64,000 bases of DNA from NCBI GenBank assembly GCA_965214405.1, contig OZ243956.1, forward strand, positions 2,336,001-2,400,000. The letters are read 5' to 3'. Under the pieces are notes generated by a model, which did not search any database, was not told where the DNA came from, and was given only the letters and a program-made list of their open reading frames with translations. Source of the stretch: Trueperaceae bacterium. Lineage in GTDB: Bacteria; Deinococcota; Deinococci; Deinococcales; Trueperaceae. This document shows, in pieces, positions 56,843 through 64,000 of the stretch (its first letter is position 1; every line of letters begins with the position of its first letter). The position numbers and the translations under genes were made by a program.

Positions 56843-57721
56843 GTGTACCACCTTATAGTCAACCCCACGGCGGGGCGTGGGCGGGCGCTCGCCGGACTGC
56901 CACGGGTCGAGGACGCTTTCAAAGCGCGCGGAAAGCCGCTCGAAGTTCACATCACCCAAGCGCCGGGCCACGCCACAAGCCTCGTCGCCAGCTTGTCCGA
57001 AGACGCCCTCGTCCTCTCTCTGGGCGGCGACGGCACGCTGCACGAGGTCGCGCGCGCCTGCGTCAACACCGCGCGCACGGTGGGCGTGCTGCCCGCGGGG
57101 TCAGGGGACGATTTCGCTTTTGCGCTGGGTATAGGCCGCCGCACGCTTGACGAAGCGCTGGCGGTCATCTTTGCGGGCTATATCAAACAAGTAGACACGG
57201 GGACGGTCAACGGTCGCCCCTTCGTCAACACGCTCGGCGTCGGCTTTGACGCCGAGGTGGCGCAGACGGTACGGAGTGCGCCGCCCTTTCTAAGGGAGCG
57301 CGCGGCGTACGTTTGGGCGGTGCTGCAAACGTTGCAAAGGCTCGAGACCCCCCACGTCACAGCAAAAGTCGACGGCCACACCTTTTACCACGGCCCGGCG
57401 CTGCTGGCGTCCGTTCAGAACGGCCCCCGCACCGGCGGCAGCTTTCTTTTCGCGCCCCCCGCGCGGGTGGATGACGGGCGGCTCGAGCTCATCATAGCGG
57501 GCGCGCTCAAGAGGCGGGCCATCCCGAACCTTTTGGCGAGGGTCATGAAGGGTCAACATCTGAACCACCCGGAGGTGCGCCTTGTGAGCGGGAAACGCAT
57601 TGAGCTAGGCTGGGAAAAACCGCGCGTGGCGCACATGGAGGGGGAGCTTTTAGCAGCCGAGACATCCTTTGATATCAGAGTTTGTCCGGCGTCACTTCGT
57701 GTTTTTGCTCGAGCGGACTAG
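56843..57721 (+). CDS. Diacylglycerol/lipid kinase family protein
   Basis: IVNP.AG.G, GGDGTLHE, PAGSGDDFA, G.GFDA, DDGRL. Confidence 0.9.
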   Translation: MYHLIVNPTAGRGRALAGLPRVEDAFKARGKPLEVHITQAPGHATSLVASLSEDALVLSLGGDGTLHEVARACVNTARTVGVLPAGSGDDFAFALGIGRRTLDEALAVIFAGYIKQVDTGTVNGRPFVNTLGVGFDAEVAQTVRSAPPFLRERAAYVWAVLQTLQRLETPHVTAKVDGHTFYHGPALLASVQNGPRTGGSFLFAPPARVDDGRLELIIAGALKRRAIPNLLARVMKGQHLNHPEVRLVSGKRIELGWEKPRVAHMEGELLAAETSFDIRVCPASLRVFARAD

Positions 57722-57753
57722 CGCGGCGCAAGAGAATCTAAAGAGCAGCATAA

Positions 57754-57785
57754 AAGAAGCGCCCCGCGGTTGCGGGGCGCTTCTT
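57754..57785. terminator. Bidirectional intrinsic terminator between the kinase gene and slpA
   Basis: AAGAAGCGCCCCGC-ggtt-GCGGGGCGCTTCTT. Confidence 0.85.
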
Positions 57786-57837
57786 AGCGAGATGAAACTT
57801 TTAGGACCGAACTAAACCTACGGGTTAAACCGAGTGT

Positions 57838-60732
57838 TTAGAAGGTGACTTCGTACTGAATGCGGAAGGCTTGACCGCCGGTTTCGCCCACAACGCCGTC
57901 GGCGTTGGGCGTGGTGCTGGTGTAAGCACCGTAGGTGAACTCGAGGCCGTAATACTCCCAGCCGAGTTCGTAACCGCTGGCGGTCTGCGTGATGTCGTTG
58001 GGCTCGTCACCCTCGCGGATGTTGGTAGCCGAATCGTCATCAAAGCCGGGCGGATCAAAGTCGGTGGAGATGTTGGTGCCCGAGTAAACGCCGTAACGCA
58101 CGACGGCGACGCTGTTCTCGAACAAGAAGTCATTAAAGGCCACACCGATGGCGAACTGAAGCTCGTTGGCGGTGTAAGCAGCGTCGGCCGCGAAGGGCGT
58201 GCCCGCTACGTCAGCCGGATCAACGTCGGTGTGGCTGGTGGTGCGGAAGTTGATGTTGGCGATGAGGCTCGGCTGCAAGAAGAAGTCGAAAGGCTCGGTT
58301 TCCAAGCTCGTGCCGACCTTGAAGGTGGTGGTGTCGTCCGAAGCCGCCGCCGGGTCCGCGTCCGTTTCGACGTTGAGGTAGGGCGCAACGGTCAAGAAGC
58401 CGAAGTCAAACACGGTGTCAAAGTCTCCCGCTAAACCCGAGGAGGCCACGCCGCCCGCGAAGTTATACGTGAGGCTAAAGTTGACGCCGGGGAGAAATGC
58501 GTTTTCAGCTTCGCCGTCTTGACGGACGCCGATGCCAAAGCCCGTGGTGTAGTCCTCATTACGCTCGAGGGCACCCGGAATGTTGTTGACCGCGTCGCCG
58601 TTGACGACCGCCGAGTTGTAGAAGCCAAACACTTCGATGGCGCGGTAGACCACGACGCCAGCGCTCACGCCAAAGGCGAACACGTCGTCACCCGCGGCTA
58701 CGCTGTAGGAGTCGATAAAGCCTTCGACTCTGACAAAGAAGAGAGCCAGGGTTGCGTTTACGCCAAAGCCATTCTGGTCGAGGTCGTAGGGATAGGTGTC
58801 TTCGTCGTACTTGAGGCCCACCCAGTATTGCGGGATGGAGCGGTAGTTGGCCGACACGCTCTCCAGGAGAGGAATAGGCAGGGGATCGTCCGCGCCACCC
58901 GCCATCACCTCGACGTAGAAGAGCGAGGAGCCATCGACAGGTACAGTACAATCTGCGGGCAGAGGAACGGTGGTTATATCGTCGCCATCCACAGTTTCGA
59001 AGCAGCCGTCGGTGTCCTCAACATCCTCTACAGGAAACTGGATGCCAGCGTCCACCGAAGAGGTCGCAAACTCACCCGTGATCTCGAAGATGCCGAGGTT
59101 GATGTTACCATCGAGGCCGAACACCGTGATGCCCAGGTTGTTATTCGCGGCGTCTGCATTGTCACCCGCGTTGCCGGTGAGTTGCGCAATCGAGAAGCCG
59201 CCGCTCACGCCCTCAAAGGGGCTTAGAGTACCGCGAATCGCGCGGTAGTAGGCGTTGGCAAAAGGACCCGCGCTGTCTACAGGCAATTCGAAGTTGTCGT
59301 CTTCCGGCTTGTCCGAACCTTCTTCTTCGTACACGCCGTAGGCGAGGGTTAGCGTGGGCTGGAGGAACGCCAGGAAGTCGGGCGTGCCGACGAACGCCGC
59401 GAAGCCGGTGCCCAGGCTTTCAAACACGTAAGGCGTGAACTCGACATCGGGTTCCGCACCAAAGCGGAAGAGCAGGGGCTCAGCGCCGATGAGACCAAAG
59501 GTGGTATCAAAGCCGTCAATGGTGAAAACGTAGCCATCGAAGAGGTCGCCGTCTTCGTCGGTGAGGTCCACAGCCTGCTTGAGGTTGAGCGTGACGTTAC
59601 CCTCAAACGAGTTGAAAGCACCTACGAAGCCTTGCTCTCTTTCGGTCGCAAAGCCCAGGTTGAGCCTAAAGACTGGATCAAGGTTACCCGTGGTGTTGTC
59701 GATGTCCACGCGGTCCTGACGAACTTCACCGTCGTCTCTACCATCGTCGTCGCCGTTTTCGTCTTTAGTGCCTGAAGTAAAGTACGAATAGTTGTAACCG
59801 CTGTCGGTATTGAGCTGTACCCCGAACTCGCGGGTCTGCCCAACGCCGAAGATGCGGTCAACGTCGAACGCGATTTCCGCGCCGCTGAGGCGGCTGACGT
59901 TGTACTCGATGCCAATGGAGCCCGAGAAGGTGAGGGCTTGATCCTCGAGCGCACTCACGCGCGTTTCCAGATCGTCGATGCGGGCAAGCTGACCTTCCAA
60001 GGCCGCCACGCGGTCGCGCAGGGCGACCTGGTCGCGGCGCAAGAGGATGACGAACTCGCGGATGTTGGCGATGTCGCTCTCTAAGCCCGTGGTGTCGGTC
60101 GCGCCTAAGCCGAGGATGTCGTCGTTAAGAAGCGCCACGAGGCGGTTTAACGCGGCGATATCCGCGGTGTTCTGGTCGACCTGGGCTTGCAGCGCTTCAA
60201 CTGCGGCGAGCGCGTTGGCGGCCAACGCTTCAGCAGCGGCGGCGCGCGCCTGGGCGGTGTCGGCTGCGACGCGCAGAGAGTCGAGCTGGTTTTGCAGGTC
60301 CTGGAGCGCCTGGGCGTCCAGACCCCCGCCCGCGATAAGGTCTTCTAAGGCCTGAATGCGGTCCGTGTTCGAAGCAACGTTGTCTTGAATGGTGGCAACC
60401 TGGACGCCTTGCGCGGCCACGTCAGAAGCGAGCTCCTGAAGGGCGTTACGCAACGCCTCGAGGTCCTGCTGAGAAAGTGCGCTCGCCGCGTCGATGTCTT
60501 GGCGAACAACGTTGAGAAGGCGGTCCACGACGAGCGCGGCCTGGTAACGCGTAAAGCTCTCGTTACCGCGGAACGTGCCGTCGGGAAAGCCGATGACGAT
60601 GCCCAAGTCCGCGATGCGCGCGACCGCTTCGCTCGCCCAGTGCCCCGCCGGAATATCGGGGAACGAGGTATCTTGAGCCAAAGCGCCGCTCACAGTAAGC
60701 GCGGCTAGGACGGTGAAAAGAAATTTTTGCAT
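57838..60732 (-). CDS. slpA: S-layer protein SlpA-type (SLH, coiled coil, outer-membrane beta-barrel)
   Basis: Signal peptide, FPDIPAGHWA...GFPDGTFRG...TRYQAA SLH domain, long coiled coil, acidic beta-strands, terminal YEVTF. Confidence 0.88.
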   Translation of the reverse strand: MQKFLFTVLAALTVSGALAQDTSFPDIPAGHWASEAVARIADLGIVIGFPDGTFRGNESFTRYQAALVVDRLLNVVRQDIDAASALSQQDLEALRNALQELASDVAAQGVQVATIQDNVASNTDRIQALEDLIAGGGLDAQALQDLQNQLDSLRVAADTAQARAAAAEALAANALAAVEALQAQVDQNTADIAALNRLVALLNDDILGLGATDTTGLESDIANIREFVILLRRDQVALRDRVAALEGQLARIDDLETRVSALEDQALTFSGSIGIEYNVSRLSGAEIAFDVDRIFGVGQTREFGVQLNTDSGYNYSYFTSGTKDENGDDDGRDDGEVRQDRVDIDNTTGNLDPVFRLNLGFATEREQGFVGAFNSFEGNVTLNLKQAVDLTDEDGDLFDGYVFTIDGFDTTFGLIGAEPLLFRFGAEPDVEFTPYVFESLGTGFAAFVGTPDFLAFLQPTLTLAYGVYEEEGSDKPEDDNFELPVDSAGPFANAYYRAIRGTLSPFEGVSGGFSIAQLTGNAGDNADAANNNLGITVFGLDGNINLGIFEITGEFATSSVDAGIQFPVEDVEDTDGCFETVDGDDITTVPLPADCTVPVDGSSLFYVEVMAGGADDPLPIPLLESVSANYRSIPQYWVGLKYDEDTYPYDLDQNGFGVNATLALFFVRVEGFIDSYSVAAGDDVFAFGVSAGVVVYRAIEVFGFYNSAVVNGDAVNNIPGALERNEDYTTGFGIGVRQDGEAENAFLPGVNFSLTYNFAGGVASSGLAGDFDTVFDFGFLTVAPYLNVETDADPAAASDDTTTFKVGTSLETEPFDFFLQPSLIANINFRTTSHTDVDPADVAGTPFAADAAYTANELQFAIGVAFNDFLFENSVAVVRYGVYSGTNISTDFDPPGFDDDSATNIREGDEPNDITQTASGYELGWEYYGLEFTYGAYTSTTPNADGVVGETGGQAFRIQYEVTF

Positions 60733-60921
60733 AGTTTACCCCTTGAACTTTAAAGTTGTGTGCGGCGGTAAACCCTTTGAAGAGACTAAATAACGCGAGT
60801 GACCGTGTTTCCTCACATCCTCGTCACTTTTAGATTTACCGAGACGTGCTCCCCGCCGGGCCGGTTCAAGTGGGTTCACCTCCTTCCGAGCGACCGTTTT
60901 GGGCTAGCAAATCCAATGCGA

Positions 60922-60950
60922 AGTATCGCATACCCGCTCCTTTATGTCAA
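60922..60950 (-). promoter_or_regulatory. Sigma70-type promoter of slpA
   Basis: Minus strand TTGACA-17 nt-GATACT, about 190 nt upstream of the ATG. Confidence 0.65.
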
Positions 60951-61131
60951 ATCTATGAAGCCAGCATGAGAAAACCTTCATTTGTCGGGGGAGAGGAACT
61001 CAACAAGTGCGAAAAACCTCACGCGCAGGACGCGCTTTAACGTACGGCTGCTAGGGCTCGAGCGCTGTACCAACCAAATCGAGAAACCGTACCCAGCAGA
61101 CGCCGCCGAAGATGACGTTAGAATAATCCCT

Positions 61132-61995
61132 ATGGCGCACATACGGGTTCCAGAAGCAGAAAGCGTGCTCGACAAAGAGTTCCGCGTCCTAGACCACGGC
61201 TTCGTCCGGTTAGTGGACTACTTAGGCGGCGACGCGCGCATCGTGCAGGCCGCGCGCGTGTCCTACGGCGAGGGCACTAAAACCCTGCGCGAAGACGGGG
61301 CGCTCATCGACTATCTGCTACGCAACAAGCACACCTCGCCCTTCGAGCAGGTAATCCTCACCTTCCACGTCAAGATGCCCATCTTCGTCGCGCGGCAGTG
61401 GATCAGGCACCGCACGGCGCGGCTCAACGAGATTTCGGGGCGCTACTCGGTCATGCGCGACGAGTTCTACCTGCCCAACCCGTCCGAAGTGCGCTACCAG
61501 TCGCGCCGCAACAAGCAGGGCCGCGGCGAAGAGGTGCCCGAGGCGCTGCGCGAGCGCGTGATTCGCCTCTTGCAAGAGGAGGCGCGGCGCGCGTACGCGA
61601 ATTATGAAGACCTGTTGGAGGAGGGGGTGGCAAGGGAGCTTGCCCGCATCAACCTTCCCCTAAGCCTCTACACCGAGCTGTACTGGCAAATCGACCTCAA
61701 CAACCTCTTCCACTTCCTGCGTCTGCGCTTAGATTGGCACGCCCAGTACGAGATTCGCGTTTATGGTGATGTGATGGCTAGGCTCGCGCGGGCGGTCGCG
61801 CCGAGAGCTTTTGAGGCGTTTGAGGAGCACATGCTTTATGGGGGGGCGTTCTCGAGGAGCGAACTTGACATTCTACGTAGCGCCCTCGACCAAGCCAAGC
61901 TTAATAGAGCCTTGGAAGGGATGCGCGGGTCGAAGCGAGAGGAATTTCTGGGCAAGTTAGGGTTAGAAGCCAATACAGTTGAAGAAAAAGTTTAG
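61132..61995 (+). CDS. thyX: FAD-dependent thymidylate synthase
   Basis: AARVSY, HTSPFE, RQWIRHR...NEISGRY, ELAR..LP, HAQYEIR; TAGAAT 7 nt before the ATG at 61132. Confidence 0.97.
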   Translation: MAHIRVPEAESVLDKEFRVLDHGFVRLVDYLGGDARIVQAARVSYGEGTKTLREDGALIDYLLRNKHTSPFEQVILTFHVKMPIFVARQWIRHRTARLNEISGRYSVMRDEFYLPNPSEVRYQSRRNKQGRGEEVPEALRERVIRLLQEEARRAYANYEDLLEEGVARELARINLPLSLYTELYWQIDLNNLFHFLRLRLDWHAQYEIRVYGDVMARLARAVAPRAFEAFEEHMLYGGAFSRSELDILRSALDQAKLNRALEGMRGSKREEFLGKLGLEANTVEEKV

Positions 61996-62202
61996 ATAGA
62001 CTCGAGACGTTAGGAGGAAAAGTGTAGACATAAAGATGAGCGGTCTCCCCTGCGCCAACAGGCGAAACCGCCCGACAATACCGCGGCGTAAACCACGACT
62101 GAAAACTCAGCAATTCAGTCTAGCAAATTGGGACAAGGCAGAGTCCCAAATAGGAGGTTTACGCGTCAGGGAAGAGTTCTGCAACAGCTAAAAGGAACCA
62201 AC

Positions 62203-62370
62203 TTGAAGAAAGAGCTAGTAAAGACATTAGGTAAACATCTTCCTCAATGGTTTTGGTATCTCCTTGGGAGTCTTCTTCTCATAGGTGTCGCAGTAGCTGT
62301 AATTTTTCTCGCCATTTCATTGTGGCTAAATAGCATCAGGCACTTCCTCACAGTTGTACCGAATCTATGA
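62203..62370 (+). CDS. Small single-TM hypothetical protein, AT-rich
   Basis: TTG after AAAGGA; 55 aa with one hydrophobic helix. Confidence 0.4.
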   Translation: MKKELVKTLGKHLPQWFWYLLGSLLLIGVAVAVIFLAISLWLNSIRHFLTVVPNL

Positions 62371-62425
62371 ATCTTGCTAACTACGGAGGAGTTCCAAACA
62401 CAATCTCCGTGACATACTCACTACT

Positions 62426-62884
62426 ATGCGCTACCAAATTCTCGCCATCGGCGCGCTCAAGCGCGGGTTCTACCGCGATGGCGTCGCGTTTTACGCCAAG
62501 CGCTTGGGAATTTACGCCAAACTCGAGGTGCGCGAACTCCGCGAAGGGCGCGGGAGCGACGCGGAAAGCGTCAAGGCGCAGGAGAGCGAGGCGCTGCTTA
62601 GGAGCGCGCAGGGCTACCTCATCGGGTTGGACGAACACGGGGAGATGCTGGACTCGAGGACTTTTGCAGAACGTATCACCGCGCTAGAAATCCGCGGCGT
62701 GAGCGGAGTGAGCCTCCTCATCGGCGGCGCGGCGGGGCACAGCGAGGCGCTAAAAGAAAGGGTGGACGCCTCCTGGAGCCTATCCAAACTCACGCTGCCG
62801 CACGAACTGGCGCGGCTCGTGCTGCTCGAAAGCCTCTACCGCGCCGAGACGATTCGGGCGGGGCATCCTTATCACCGGGAGTAA
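62426..62884 (+). CDS. rlmH: 23S rRNA pseudouridine1915 N3-methyltransferase
   Basis: IGGA.G, WSLSKLTLPH.LARLVLLE.LYRA.TI..GHPYHRE. Confidence 0.95.
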   Translation: MRYQILAIGALKRGFYRDGVAFYAKRLGIYAKLEVRELREGRGSDAESVKAQESEALLRSAQGYLIGLDEHGEMLDSRTFAERITALEIRGVSGVSLLIGGAAGHSEALKERVDASWSLSKLTLPHELARLVLLESLYRAETIRAGHPYHRE

Positions 62885-62920
62885 AGGAGAGGGAATGAGC
62901 GTTTGGCGTAGGACGAAGGC

Positions 62921-63430
62921 ATGAACGTGTTGGCTGTAGGCGAGCGTGCGCCGGATTTTCGCGCCCAGACTCGAGCGGGTGTGGAGGTGGAACTTCTCAG
63001 CCTCTTAAAGAGTGCGCCCGTTGTGCTCTGTTTTGGGATGCCGCAGATACACTCGAGCCGCCTGGTCGTAGGCTACTTGCGCCGCCTCAAGGAGTACACG
63101 CCCGAGCTTCACATCATCGTCATATTACAAGGTGAGGCCGAGCGGGTTGAGAGTTACGCGGCGGGTTATCTCGACGCGCTGCACGTCGTTTTTGACAAAG
63201 ACCTCTCGCTCAGCAGGCGCTACGGCGTGACGCACGTACCGAGCACCTATTACCTCGTGATGCGTGACGGTGAAGCGGTAGTTGAGGCGTCTTTTACGGG
63301 TTTTCTTCGCCCCGCTATGAATGGCCTTGCCGCCGACACCGCGGAGAGAACGGGAGCCAAGGTGAGGGAACTTATCACGCCACTCGACAACAAAGGCGAA
63401 TACGAACTCGCTGAGCGGGCGCTGTCCTAA
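62921..63430 (+). CDS. Redoxin/AhpC-TSA-fold protein
   Basis: LAVGERAPDF N-terminus, D..L.LSRRYGV..VP.TY. Confidence 0.7.
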   Translation: MNVLAVGERAPDFRAQTRAGVEVELLSLLKSAPVVLCFGMPQIHSSRLVVGYLRRLKEYTPELHIIVILQGEAERVESYAAGYLDALHVVFDKDLSLSRRYGVTHVPSTYYLVMRDGEAVVEASFTGFLRPAMNGLAADTAERTGAKVRELITPLDNKGEYELAERALS

Positions 63431-63451
63431 TTTTCTAAATTAAGCTTGTTT

Positions 63452-64000
63452 TCAAGCAGGTTTGAGCGCGGCGTAGAGGCTCAAGAGGTCGCCAGAGAAC
63501 GCCTCGAGCACGTCCAGCTTTATGGGCACCTCGCGGCGCGCCCTGGCGGAGAGGAAGAGGTGCCGCTCGCCCAAGCGCAACGTCGGCGCGGCTTCGCGCG
63601 TGCAAAGGGTGCGCCGGAGCAGCGCGCGGACCTCCGGGGTGAGGAGCTTTTGCACCTCCGCCTCGTCTCTCGCGTAGACCGTCACCGCTTCGTTAAATGT
63701 GGGGTCGTCCGGCACCCTTACGGGCGCGCCGCCCGCCGCCGACGCGCCGAGGGACTCGAGCACCGCGTGGGGTTTGCGTGAGGCCTTGAAAGACGCGGTG
63801 CCAAAGGGCGTCCGGGTGGTGATCAAGCAAGCGCTGGTGGTGTATGGCAAACCGCCCACGGGTTCCTCGTAGTCAAACATCAGCAGCCGCTCAGCCTCGC
63901 CCAAGGTCAGAAAGTAGATGGGGCCGAAACGGACGCGTTTGTCTAAACTGAGGAGCGTGCGCAGCATCCGCTCGGCGTCGGACGCGTCGAGCAGGCCCAG
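63452..64000 (-). CDS. Hypothetical protein, 5' end probably outside the window
   Basis: Open frame to the window edge; DDP.FN....VYA pattern. Confidence 0.55.
   Translation of the reverse strand: MGLLDASDAERMLRTLLSLDKRVRFGPIYFLTLGEAERLLMFDYEEPVGGLPYTTSACLITTRTPFGTASFKASRKPHAVLESLGASAAGGAPVRVPDDPTFNEAVTVYARDEAEVQKLLTPEVRALLRRTLCTREAAPTLRLGERHLFLSARARREVPIKLDVLEAFSGDLLSLYAALKPA

Noticed and set aside
60982..61131. 50-aa N-terminal extension of ThyX
   Set aside because: A TAGAAT box 7 nt before ATG 61132 and the onset of homology favour the shorter start.

Overview
GC-rich bacterial chromosomal window, most consistent with Deinococcota (Truepera-like). The basis is an SLH plus beta-barrel SlpA S-layer gene, thyX, and many leaderless genes with a TANNNT box a few nt before the start codon. 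Core genes (dnaG, purU, xth, prs-rplY-pth, pcrA/uvrD, minDE, hpf, slpA, thyX, rlmH) are mixed with accessory genes: a glycogen/trehalose cluster, a P450/TetR/hydrolase cluster, an lhgO/ADH cluster, a TPP riboswitch-thiB unit, one intact IS5-family element and several decayed genes. The most striking unannotated signal is a highly iterated palindrome, CTCGAG, found in all three reading frames and in intergenic DNA. It coincides with the breakpoint of a deleted MFS gene and with the lost zinc ligand of a matrixin-like protein, and the window also encodes an orphan m6A methyltransferase, which together suggest a HIP1-like system. A 352-aa intein in PcrA carries a GIY-YIG-like rather than LAGLIDADG core. 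No rRNA, tRNA or CRISPR array was seen. All family assignments come from motif recognition by eye, not database searches.
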